Below are positions 1-8,684 of a stretch of DNA of 64,000 nucleotides, piece by piece. Positions within the stretch are counted from its first letter, which is position 1, and every line of letters begins with the position of its first letter. The notes under the pieces were generated by a model, which saw only the letters and a program-made list of their open reading frames with translations, was not told the origin of the DNA and did not search any database. The position numbers and the translations under genes were made by a program. The stretch comes from a virus. Its lineage: Duplodnaviria; Heunggongvirae; Uroviricota; Caudoviricetes. Location: the IMG/VR virus record IMGVR_UViG_3300020714_000006. One strand, written 5' to 3'.

Positions 1-555
1 CATTTGTCCATTTTCAGTATTTCCTTTAAATTCAATGACTAATAAAAATACAGCTTCATACCATACTGCATAATTTTGTTTTGCAGCTGCTAATTGCAGA
101 ACTTGTATAAACATTCCCATACTATACGGTTCTATTACATTAAATTCTAATGTTGTAGGAGTAGTATTACCAGAATCCGGGGTGAACCCTGCAGATCCGT
201 CAATTGTTAATCCATCTATATAAAAATCATATTTCCCGCCATCTACTAATTGTATTCTATTAGTAGGATCGGCATTTGCTGATTTACATATTAATGGTGG
301 TAATTTTCCGATTAAATAAGATTTGGCAGGAAAATTGTAACTATCTGCATCAAGACAATATAACGATATTACATAATTATATGTTGCATAATTATGTAAT
401 GGATTTGGTAATGGCAACTTTAACTCTGATGATGTGACACCAGAACTTACAGAACCAAATAAATCATTTTTTATAAATCCAGTTATAGCAGCTACTGGGT
501 TTAAATCCATTATAGACGTTGTGCTAGAAGTTGAACTAGTAGTTGCTCCGGCCAT
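1..555 (-). CDS. Partial virion protein, probably baseplate hub-associated (runs off the window start)
   Basis: ATG at 555-553, 1 nt after the stop of 557..859; frame read by hand is open to position 1 (MAGATTSSTSST...LPNPLHNYATYNY...IEPYSMGMFIQVLQLAA). Function inferred from baseplate context only. Confidence 0.6.
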   Translation of the reverse strand, partial: MAGATTSSTSSTTSIMDLNPVAAITGFIKNDLFGSVSSGVTSSELKLPLPNPLHNYATYNYVISLYCLDADSYNFPAKSYLIGKLPPLICKSANADPTNRIQLVDGGKYDFYIDGLTIDGSAGFTPDSGNTTPTTLEFNVIEPYSMGMFIQVLQLAAAKQNYAVWYEAVFLLVIEFKGNTENGQM

Positions 556-556
556 A

Positions 557-859
557 TTATAATCCCAATACTGTTGTTAAACTGCTGTTTTTTGGCAAAT
601 AAATTTGTTTACCTGGAACAAAATCAAATATTGGATCTTGTAATACATCTAAATTTCTTTGAATAAAGACCCACCATAGATTGGATGTACCATATAAATC
701 ATATGCCAGTAAATCAGGTCTATAAGTGTATTGTGGTTCTATTGTATATAAAAAATCATCAATTGCTGAACTAACTGGTCTGATTGTTAATATATCTAAG
801 TAATTTTGTGTTACATTGGTTGTATACCAAGGACTGGTATTTGAATATTGTGCCGCCAT
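557..859 (-). CDS. Baseplate wedge protein, T4 gp53-like (LysM-like)
   Basis: YRPDLLAYDLYGTSNLWWVF and DPIFDFVPGKQIYLP motifs, typical of gp53/LysM-like baseplate proteins. Confidence 0.75.
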   Translation of the reverse strand: MAAQYSNTSPWYTTNVTQNYLDILTIRPVSSAIDDFLYTIEPQYTYRPDLLAYDLYGTSNLWWVFIQRNLDVLQDPIFDFVPGKQIYLPKNSSLTTVLGL

Positions 860-1857
860 TATATGTATCCTACTGAATTATTCATGTATCCACCAGTAAC
901 AAAACGATCAAGGCTAAATTTCTTAACATTATCTCTACTATATACTGGTTGTAATTCTATGTTAAATGAGCTTTTTGTTGGAACATGAGCAGTACCACTT
1001 ACTGTTCCACCAACTCCAAATGTGCCCAATGCACCTGCAACTTGTCCTATTCCATTAACTAATGTACTAGCCTTAGTAAATCCAGATAATCCTCCAAATA
1101 CACCACCAATTGTGTCTGCTAATCCACCAACTTGGTCTGATATAGATGCAATTTCACTAGCCATACTACCAACTACGTTACACCCAATATAATCACTAGC
1201 AGCATCTAACTCCACTGACATACTGGTAATAACAACTGGCACATTTTTAAATACATAATTACCATATCCATTAAGATATACAATAGGAGGAGGATTACCA
1301 GCTTTGGCATCACTTCCAGTAAACATTTTTGTCATTGAACGCAAATAATGCACCATTGCAATCCAATACAATGCCTGTGTTGCATCTTCAACATACATTG
1401 GAGCAGTAACATGAATATTACCAGGTTCACTATTTTGATAAGCATGGTAAGAGTAGTTTGTATGCGTTGTATCAATAGCTGAATATTTGGCATTACTTTT
1501 CATAATTATTGAAGGTGTATACGGAAATATTAAACCACCCGCTTGAACTAATGGTGTTAATACAGGACTAGTTTTAAAACTAGACCAATTAGGAATACTT
1601 AATCGTACTCTCCAATCATTCGCTGCAGCATCCCCACCAAATGAAGACACGGCACTCAATATGTCTCCAACAGCTTCCGCGCCAGCTGGTATACTACCAC
1701 TTCTTAATAAACTACCAACATCACCAGAACTAAATGCCGACGATAATGCTGATTTCAAATTAGTAGCAGTATTAACAACATTTGGTATGGTTGTAAATGC
1801 ATTTTGTGCAGCACTAATATTTGATGATAAATTTTGTCCTAAATCAAATGAACTCAT
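859..1857 (-). CDS. Baseplate/tail-tube-associated protein (tube initiator-like)
   Basis: LIFPYTPSI and GNPPPIVYLNGYGNYVFKNVPVVITS motifs of tube-fold baseplate proteins; late promoter motif upstream. Confidence 0.55.
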   Translation of the reverse strand: MSSFDLGQNLSSNISAAQNAFTTIPNVVNTATNLKSALSSAFSSGDVGSLLRSGSIPAGAEAVGDILSAVSSFGGDAAANDWRVRLSIPNWSSFKTSPVLTPLVQAGGLIFPYTPSIIMKSNAKYSAIDTTHTNYSYHAYQNSEPGNIHVTAPMYVEDATQALYWIAMVHYLRSMTKMFTGSDAKAGNPPPIVYLNGYGNYVFKNVPVVITSMSVELDAASDYIGCNVVGSMASEIASISDQVGGLADTIGGVFGGLSGFTKASTLVNGIGQVAGALGTFGVGGTVSGTAHVPTKSSFNIELQPVYSRDNVKKFSLDRFVTGGYMNNSVGYI

Positions 1858-1878
1858 TGGTTTTCCTTTATGATATTG

Positions 1879-1886
1879 TATTTATA
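1879..1886 (-). promoter_or_regulatory. T4-type late promoter TATAAATA
   Basis: Exact T4 late consensus on the minus strand, 21 nt upstream of the 859..1857 start. Confidence 0.75.
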
Positions 1887-1930
1887 GTAAATAATTAAGT
1901 CTATATATTATAAATTTTTTAAATATATAC

Positions 1931-1959
1931 TTGACATACTACTAATATTATGATATAAT
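1931..1959 (+). promoter_or_regulatory. Sigma70-type promoter for the late sigma factor gene
   Basis: TTGACA (1931-1936), 17 bp spacer, TATAAT (1954-1959), with extended -10 TG. Confidence 0.85.
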
Positions 1960-1982
1960 TAGTGAAATATAAGGATATATTA

Positions 1983-2816
1983 ATGAAAGTAACCCCTCCG
2001 AAAAATTATCTAAACAATAAGGATCTATTATTAGAAATTCATAAATCAAAATCATCATACTGCGTGTTTATTGATCCAAGTTATCATCAATATGACATAA
2101 TTTTACCTTCATTGGATAAGATAAACATTCGAACAATAGCAGAAGCTAAACGAAATAAAGCAAAAAGATTAACCGATATAGAATTCAATGCAAGAAAAGC
2201 ATCTGGTGAAAAAGTAAAAGTAGCAGAATGCGAAATAAACTATAAAAAAATTGCAAAAACTGATTTAATATTCAGAGTGATGTCATATGACCATATACCA
2301 CTGAATAATATTCGTAAGAAAAATCCAAAATCAGATGCTGATAAACGGGATAAAGTAAACTTTAAACCATTTCAACATTGGAAGTTTGATGATCAAGATA
2401 ATTTGATTTGTGTGGGGAAAAGTCATTGGAAAGGTGATTTAGAAACCGGAGTCTTTGATAAAAATGCAGGAAAAATGACAGACAGATTAGCTAGAATGAT
2501 GCTAATGATGTGTGATAGATATGCCACTAGAGGAAATGTTAGGGGATATTCGTATAATGATGAAATGAAAGGACAAGCAATACTACAACTTGTTAGTATA
2601 GGATTACAATTTGATGAATCAAAATCCGATAATCCATTTGCTTATCTTACATCATGTGTAATTAATAGTTTTGTTAGAATTATTAATATAGAAAAACGTC
2701 ATCGTGATATTAGAGATGACATATTAGAAATTAATGGGTTAAACCCATCTTTTACAAGAACCAACTCCGGTGACTATGAATCCGGTGAACGTAGACATAA
2801 CGAAGATTACGATTAA
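1983..2816 (+). CDS. gp55: Late-transcription sigma factor, T4 gp55-like
   Basis: NYLNNKDLLLEIHKSK N-terminus; RYATRGNVRGYSYNDEMKGQAILQL...FDESKSDNPFAYLT core; ATG 1983 has SD AAGGA; lies upstream of gp47/gp46 as in T4-like phages. Confidence 0.85.
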   Translation: MKVTPPKNYLNNKDLLLEIHKSKSSYCVFIDPSYHQYDIILPSLDKINIRTIAEAKRNKAKRLTDIEFNARKASGEKVKVAECEINYKKIAKTDLIFRVMSYDHIPLNNIRKKNPKSDADKRDKVNFKPFQHWKFDDQDNLICVGKSHWKGDLETGVFDKNAGKMTDRLARMMLMMCDRYATRGNVRGYSYNDEMKGQAILQLVSIGLQFDESKSDNPFAYLTSCVINSFVRIINIEKRHRDIRDDILEINGLNPSFTRTNSGDYESGERRHNEDYD

Positions 2817-2826
2817 AAGGAAATAC

Positions 2827-3840
2827 ATGAGTAATTTATTTAAAAAAGTGGCAGTTTTTACAGATCTTCATTTTGGCTTGAAAAGCAATAGCAATATTCA
2901 TAATCAAGATTGTGATGATTTTATAGATTGGTTTATTGCTAAAGCAAAAGAAGAAGGATGTGATGTCGGAATATTTATGGGTGATTGGCACCATAACAGA
3001 AATAGTCTCAATATTACTACTATGGACTACAGTTTGAGAGCATTGGAAAAGTTAGGTGCAGCATTTGATGCATTTTACTTCTTCCCAGGTAATCATGATT
3101 TGTATTATAAAGATAAACGGGATATTCATTCTGTTGAATTTGGAAAATACATTCCTGGTATTAACGTAGTTACAGAACCTACTACCATTGGCGGTGTTAC
3201 ATTGTGTCCTTGGTTGGTTGGCGATGAATGGAAATCAATAGGAAATAAAGATGCAAAATATATTTTTGGGCATTTTGAACTCCCATCATTTTTTATGAAT
3301 GCAATGGTACAAATGCCAGATCATGGTGAACTACAACTAGACAGTTTTAATTCTTATGAATTAGGGTTTAGTGGTCATTTTCATAAACGCCAATCAAGAG
3401 GAAATATGCATTATATTGGTAATGCATTTCCTCATAATTATTCCGATGCTTGGGATGATGAACGTGGAATGATGGTATTAGAATGGGGTGGACAACCAGA
3501 ATATTTTACATGGGATGCACAACCAACGTTTAGAACAGTTAAACTTAGTCAACTGCTAAACAATGCTGACACCATATTAAAACCAAAACAACATTTACGA
3601 GTATCACTAGATATTGATATTTCATTTGAAGAAGCAACTTTTATTAAAGAAAAATATATTAAAGAGTACAATATCAGAGAAATTACACTCATACCAGAAA
3701 AGAAATCTATTGAAATTAATACCCAATTAGATGTTCAAACATTCGAATCTATTGACCAAATAGTTTCTAATCAAATAATTGGGATAGATTCAGAAAAATA
3801 TAACAAAAACATTTTATTATCAATTTATAACGAATTATGA
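2827..3840 (+). CDS. gp47: Recombination endonuclease subunit, Mre11/SbcD-like (gp47)
   Basis: Metallophosphoesterase motifs DLHFG, GDWHH, GNHD, GHFH; start placed at ATG 2827. Confidence 0.92.
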   Translation: MSNLFKKVAVFTDLHFGLKSNSNIHNQDCDDFIDWFIAKAKEEGCDVGIFMGDWHHNRNSLNITTMDYSLRALEKLGAAFDAFYFFPGNHDLYYKDKRDIHSVEFGKYIPGINVVTEPTTIGGVTLCPWLVGDEWKSIGNKDAKYIFGHFELPSFFMNAMVQMPDHGELQLDSFNSYELGFSGHFHKRQSRGNMHYIGNAFPHNYSDAWDDERGMMVLEWGGQPEYFTWDAQPTFRTVKLSQLLNNADTILKPKQHLRVSLDIDISFEEATFIKEKYIKEYNIREITLIPEKKSIEINTQLDVQTFESIDQIVSNQIIGIDSEKYNKNILLSIYNEL

Positions 3841-5615
3841 GCATAGAAGTCAAACAATTAACAGTAAAAAATTTCATGAGTGTTGGCAACCAAACACAGG
3901 CTGTAACATTTAATCAAGAAAATTTAACATTAGTATTAGGTGAAAATCTAGATCAAGGTGGTGATGATTCCGGTTCAAGAAATGGCACTGGAAAAACAAC
4001 TATCGTCAATGCATTGAGTTTTGCATTATATGGAATAGCACTAACTAATATTAAAAAAGATAATCTTATAAACAAGATTAACAATAAAAATATGTTAGTT
4101 ACACTAACATTTTCAAAAGATGGAGTTGATTATAAAATTGAAAGAGGTAGAAAACCTGCTATTTTTAATTTTATAAATCTTGCAGATCCATCCAAAGTTG
4201 AAGAAAGTGATAGCCAAGGTGAATCAAAAGATACTCAAAAAGATATTGAAACATTATTTGGTATGAGTCATAATATGTTCAAACATATAGTAGCATTGAA
4301 TACTTATACTGACCCATTCTTATCAATGAGGGCGGGTGATCAGCGTGAAATAATTGAGCAATTACTTGGTATCACTTTGCTAAGTGAAAAAGCAGAAATT
4401 CTTAGTAAAGAAATTAAGCAAACAAAAGAGTTGATTTTTCAAGAAAATGCAAATATTGAAGCAATGAAAAAATCCAATGAAAAAATTAAACAAAGTATTG
4501 ATTCATTAACAATGAGTCAACGTTCTTGGAATTTGAAACATAATAATGAACTTCAAAAACTTGGTGAATCTATTGTAAATTTGGAAGGATTAGATTTGAC
4601 TGCAGAATTATTAGCGCATAATGAATTAAAATCATACTATGAACTTTCTACAAAAATTAGCAGTTTAAATAAAGAAAAAGCAACCTTAGAAGCAGCAATT
4701 GAACAAGCAAATAAAAATCATGATAATTATATTAATCATGTAGCAGTTGTAGAATCAAAAATATGCCCAGCATGTGCTCAAGAACTACAAGATCATACAC
4801 ATGAAGATATGTTAGAATCTAGTAAAAATACAGTTGAAGAATCACAACAATATCTTGATAAAGTTTCAAATGAATATGAAAGTGTTATTAGTCAATTATG
4901 GAAGTTAGGTGATTTACCTGAAAAACCATCAACGTACTATCCAACATTAGAAGAAGCATTAACACATCGTAATACATTGATTACTTTACATGCACAATTA
5001 ACTAGTAAATCTAATGAAATAAATCCATATGATGACCAAATTATTGAATTAAAAAGTGAAGCATTACAACCAATAAATTGGAGTATAATAAATGACTATA
5101 CTTCATTAAAAGATCATCAAGAATTTTTGTTAAAATTATTAACAAATAAAGATAGTTTTATACGTAAAAAAATAATTGACCAAAACCTAGCATACTTAAA
5201 TAATAGACTAACTTATTATATTGATAAAATGGGTTTACCACATACAGTTATATTTCAAAATGATTTAACTGTAGAAATTATGCAACTAGGACAAGAATTG
5301 GATTTTTTTAATCTCAGTCGCGGTGAGATGACTAGAGTTATTCTCAGTTTAAGTTTTGCATTTCGTGATGTATGGGAAAGTTTATATCAAGGTATAAATG
5401 TATTATTTATTGATGAATTAGTTGACAACGGCTTAGATGCAAGTGGTGTTGAGAATGCGTTAAGTATTATGAAAAATATTGCACGAGAACGTAATAAAAA
5501 TATCTTTTTAATTAGTCATAAAGACGAATTAGCGGGAAGAGTTAATAATATACTTAAAGTAGTTAAAGAAAATGGTTTTACTCAATATGAATATCCAGAA
5601 TATAATGAAAATTGA
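3837..5615 (+). CDS. gp46: Recombination ATPase, Rad50/SbcC-like (gp46)
   Basis: Walker A RNGTGKTT, coiled coil with CPAC zinc hook, signature LSRGE, Walker B LFIDE, H-loop ISHK. Confidence 0.93.
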   Translation: MSIEVKQLTVKNFMSVGNQTQAVTFNQENLTLVLGENLDQGGDDSGSRNGTGKTTIVNALSFALYGIALTNIKKDNLINKINNKNMLVTLTFSKDGVDYKIERGRKPAIFNFINLADPSKVEESDSQGESKDTQKDIETLFGMSHNMFKHIVALNTYTDPFLSMRAGDQREIIEQLLGITLLSEKAEILSKEIKQTKELIFQENANIEAMKKSNEKIKQSIDSLTMSQRSWNLKHNNELQKLGESIVNLEGLDLTAELLAHNELKSYYELSTKISSLNKEKATLEAAIEQANKNHDNYINHVAVVESKICPACAQELQDHTHEDMLESSKNTVEESQQYLDKVSNEYESVISQLWKLGDLPEKPSTYYPTLEEALTHRNTLITLHAQLTSKSNEINPYDDQIIELKSEALQPINWSIINDYTSLKDHQEFLLKLLTNKDSFIRKKIIDQNLAYLNNRLTYYIDKMGLPHTVIFQNDLTVEIMQLGQELDFFNLSRGEMTRVILSLSFAFRDVWESLYQGINVLFIDELVDNGLDASGVENALSIMKNIARERNKNIFLISHKDELAGRVNNILKVVKENGFTQYEYPEYNEN

Positions 5616-6318
5616 TACCTTACCATATTTGTATAAATGGACACAACTTTCTACTGGAATGTGGTACATTGGTTCTAAAACCCAAAAAGGATGGACTCCT
5701 CTGTTACATGAAAAATACATTTGTTCTAGTAAAATAGTAAAACCAATGATTGTAGAAAATAGACAAGATTGGGTGTATGATATATTAGTAATTGGATCAG
5801 CAAAATATATTAGAGAATTAGAAACATCATATCTAGTTTACCTAGATGCAAAAAATAATGTGATGAGTTATAATAGAAGCAATGCTAAATTTGATCCAGG
5901 TAATAAATTAGGTTATAAAGAATCCTTAGAAACTAGACAAAAGAAAAGTAATGCGAGAAAAGGTGATAAAAATCCAATGTTTGGAAAAACTGGATTACTA
6001 TCACCACATTATGGAAAAACACATAACGCTGAAACAATCCAAAAGCAAAAAGAAGGTGTTAAAAAATATGCAAAATCTAGACCACCAGAGCATAATAAAC
6101 GAATTAGTGAGGCACTTACAGGAAACCCAAAAGTAGGATTAAAAAAAGAAAAAAATCCTTCATTTGGAAAACCGTGGGTTGCAGATAGAATAAATCTGTT
6201 ACCACCAAAAACTTGTGAATATTGTAATAAATCAGTATCTATTGGAAATTTTGCTAGATGGCACGGTGAAAAATGTAAATTTAATAAAAAATTAGTTGAC
6301 AAATCAGAAAAGTTATAG
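5605..6318 (+). CDS. Free-standing GIY-YIG-like (Seg-like) homing endonuclease with NUMOD3-like repeats and a C-terminal Cys/His module
   Basis: YLYKW...WYIGS N-terminus, KGDKNPMFGK and HYGKTHNAET repeats, CEYC...RWHGEKC end; overlaps the gp46 stop. Confidence 0.75.
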   Translation: MKIDTLPYLYKWTQLSTGMWYIGSKTQKGWTPLLHEKYICSSKIVKPMIVENRQDWVYDILVIGSAKYIRELETSYLVYLDAKNNVMSYNRSNAKFDPGNKLGYKESLETRQKKSNARKGDKNPMFGKTGLLSPHYGKTHNAETIQKQKEGVKKYAKSRPPEHNKRISEALTGNPKVGLKKEKNPSFGKPWVADRINLLPPKTCEYCNKSVSIGNFARWHGEKCKFNKKLVDKSEKL

Positions 6319-6324
6319 TATAAT
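6296..6324 (+). promoter_or_regulatory. Sigma70-type promoter
   Basis: TTGACA (6296-6301), 17 bp spacer, TATAAT (6319-6324). Confidence 0.7.
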
Positions 6325-6678
6325 ATGCCTAAGAAAGTAGAGCCAAAACAAGATTACGCACCAAGAATTTATAGTTGGCAGTTGGATCAAATTCCAACTG
6401 ATAACGATATACATGATAAGCTAATTCATGCTTTTCAACAGTATTATAAAGCAAATTTACATTGGATTCAAGCAGGAACAAAACGTTCCGGGCAAGATGC
6501 AAGGTATTGGTTAAGTGAAATCAATAAACTTACCATTGAACAAAGAAAATTTATTTTAGAATGGATCAAAACTATTAGTGATAAAACTAATAAAGACAGA
6601 ACATTTAAATCAACAACTAAAAAACAAAGAAAACTTTTACAGATTCAGGGTACGGTCGGTTCTCATAAAGATAACTAA
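6325..6678 (+). CDS. Small basic protein, possibly histone H1-like (Hc1-type) DNA-binding protein
   Basis: Helical hairpin ...AGTKRSGQDARYWLSEINKL resembles the GNKAAGTRARKxxxEL core of Hc1-like proteins; Lys/Arg-rich tail; true start uncertain. Confidence 0.5.
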   Translation: MPKKVEPKQDYAPRIYSWQLDQIPTDNDIHDKLIHAFQQYYKANLHWIQAGTKRSGQDARYWLSEINKLTIEQRKFILEWIKTISDKTNKDRTFKSTTKKQRKLLQIQGTVGSHKDN

Positions 6679-6682
6679 CCAA

Positions 6683-7201
6683 ATGAGTAGCAAATCAAAA
6701 ACTAAAGGCAACACTTGGGAGAGAGATGTAGCAAATCATCTCTCTTCACTTTACAAAGAAAAGTTCATTCGAGTTCCATCGTCGGGTGCATACGTGGGAG
6801 GTAAAAACTCAATACGTAAAGAATTTCTACAAGATGGTCAAATAAGAATGATGAAAGGGGATATTATCCCACCAGATAAATGGAAACATTTTAATTGTGA
6901 ATGCAAATCATATGCAGATTTTCCATTTCATCAATTAGTCCAAGGTGAATGTAAACAATTAGAAACTTGGCTATCTCAATTGATTGAAGTAACCGATACC
7001 GGTGATATAAACATTTTAATGTTTAAAATAACACGAAAAGGCAAATTCATAGCAGTACCACAGGCAACTTACTGGCACAACTTACCATACTTCTCTTACC
7101 ATTCTATTAAGCATGGTACTTGGCAAATTTTTGACTACGATGCTTTCTTTGAGCATAATAATAAAAAATTCAAAACTTTGTCAATCAAAGGCACAATTTA
7201 G
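6683..7201 (+). CDS. Holliday junction resolvase-like PD-(D/E)XK nuclease (Hjc-type)
   Basis: SKTKGNTWERDVA, RVPSSGA, GDII...ECKSY catalytic pattern; ATG at 6683. Confidence 0.75.
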   Translation: MSSKSKTKGNTWERDVANHLSSLYKEKFIRVPSSGAYVGGKNSIRKEFLQDGQIRMMKGDIIPPDKWKHFNCECKSYADFPFHQLVQGECKQLETWLSQLIEVTDTGDINILMFKITRKGKFIAVPQATYWHNLPYFSYHSIKHGTWQIFDYDAFFEHNNKKFKTLSIKGTI

Positions 7202-7690
7202 GCAAATAGGCAAAACACTTCTGATATACTAGCACCGGTAGATTGATAGGTGCCGTTAGCAATGGAATGTACTTCACATTGAGCGTAACAACTGTGCAGA
7301 AGCAGTGACTTTACTGACTACCCACACCTCGTGTTGTGGATGATGATTGGATACGCCTTACGTAAAACCAATTTCGGTAACTTGAACAAATGAAAAAAGG
7401 CTAAAAGACTGGGTAATTCCCAGACGTATTAGGAATATGACTAGAGTATTTTCCTAATACCACCGTTGGACAATGAAACAAAAACGCACTTCGAGGTAAC
7501 GGCCAACCGCCTCTGTAATTAGTGTAACTCTAGGTAATGAAGTCAACTCAGATGAAATTATTTTTTTGCTCCCTTCGGGGGGCAAAATTCGTAAATCGTA
7601 ATCTAGATGAATATCTATCATATAATTACTCTTTGATAATAAGAGAAATGTGGTGAACGTAAGTGAACCACAGGAGAACTATGTTCTCCT
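7202..7690 (+). ncRNA. Candidate large structured non-coding RNA (family not recognised)
   Basis: No plausible ORF, visibly GC-richer than flanks, more than 10 hairpins, C(UUCG)G tetraloop on the + strand, several loop-distal complementarities. Confidence 0.6.
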
Positions 7691-7700
7691 TATAATAATA

Positions 7701-7708
7701 GATAAATA
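7701..7708 (+). promoter_or_regulatory. Late promoter motif GATAAATA
   Basis: One mismatch to TATAAATA, upstream of 7732. Confidence 0.6.
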
Positions 7709-7731
7709 TATTATTAAATGGATTATTTAAA

Positions 7732-8463
7732 ATGAAAGTATATGAAATTATAAGTAGAAATGAACCTGTAAATGAGAATCTTAAATCATCAATATTAGGT
7801 GGTATTAAAAAATTTATTGGAAAAAATAAAAAATCTGTAGGACTTGGTAGCAGTGCTGCTAAAATAGCTTCTCCATTACAAAACATATCACAACAATTAA
7901 CTTCTGGTATTACTATACTTAAAAATCTTGGTGTATATGGATTATTTGGATATGAGATCAACAAATACGTAGATGAAATACAACAAGGAATAGAACATGT
8001 TGAAGCAGGTGATTGGAATGATGCAACATTTCAAACATATCGTAAACAAAGATCTGCGATATTTATATCAACACTTTCTACTATGATATTAAGTTCTATG
8101 GGATCTAAGATGGTTGGCAGTGCTGCCAATATGCTTACGTTTGGGTTGTTATCAAAGTGGTTTCCATTTCTAACAAAATTATCAACAACCGCTCTTCAAT
8201 TATATTTTATGAATTATGTAGTAAACACAAAGGAAGGTGCCGACTATATAGCACGATTTCTTGCAAGCCCAGTGATAGGTGATGTATTTGGGAATGGGAG
8301 TGTAGCAGCAGTTGACTGGATATCTAAAAAAATGGATCAAACTTTGGGAATGTCAATACCAGGTGCAGCTACAAAAGATACACCTGATAATCCACAAGTT
8401 CAACAAGTACCATTTCAATCCAAACTTAAATCAGGGTCTATTAATAATATAGTTGATTGGTAA
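7732..8463 (+). CDS. Hypothetical late protein with hydrophobic segments
   Basis: 243-aa ORF behind a late promoter motif; convergent with 8464..8679. Confidence 0.65.
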   Translation: MKVYEIISRNEPVNENLKSSILGGIKKFIGKNKKSVGLGSSAAKIASPLQNISQQLTSGITILKNLGVYGLFGYEINKYVDEIQQGIEHVEAGDWNDATFQTYRKQRSAIFISTLSTMILSSMGSKMVGSAANMLTFGLLSKWFPFLTKLSTTALQLYFMNYVVNTKEGADYIARFLASPVIGDVFGNGSVAAVDWISKKMDQTLGMSIPGAATKDTPDNPQVQQVPFQSKLKSGSINNIVDW

Positions 8464-8679
8464 TTATAATATAGGCATTTGAGTTTCTTTTGTTAATTCA
8501 ATATGATCTTTGATAATATTATCAAGAATATTCATATCTTCATACGAATAAATGTGGAGTAAATCATTTACAGTTACTCCACCACGCATATGCCAGCTTG
8601 TTCTGAACAAATGATCTTTAAATTCTAATACTTCGTTATCTAGCCTAATAAGATATTTTTCTATTTCGTCATCAGACAT
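8464..8679 (-). CDS. gp51-like baseplate hub/tail assembly protein; may be made as a -1 frameshift extension of the upstream ORF
   Basis: Small ORF directly after the gp26-like gene; SWHMRGGVT motif; no SD; -1 frame open from the slippery site at 8703-8697. Confidence 0.55.
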   Translation of the reverse strand: MSDDEIEKYLIRLDNEVLEFKDHLFRTSWHMRGGVTVNDLLHIYSYEDMNILDNIIKDHIELTKETQMPIL

Positions 8680-8684
8680 ACTTA

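Noticed and set aside
7564-7587. UUCG hairpin as a simple terminator
   Set aside because: The T-run precedes the stem and A's follow it on both strands; treated as part of the larger structure
7202-7690. tRNA cluster, tmRNA, RNase P RNA or self-splicing intron as the identity of the structured gap
   Set aside because: No cloverleaf with T-loop and CCA, no tmRNA termini, no RNase P GAGGAAAGUCC, and the flanking genes look complete; kept as an unassigned ncRNA candidate
7626-7964. 112-aa minus-strand ORF
   Set aside because: Antisense to 7732..8463, which has its own late promoter motif; no recognisable motif
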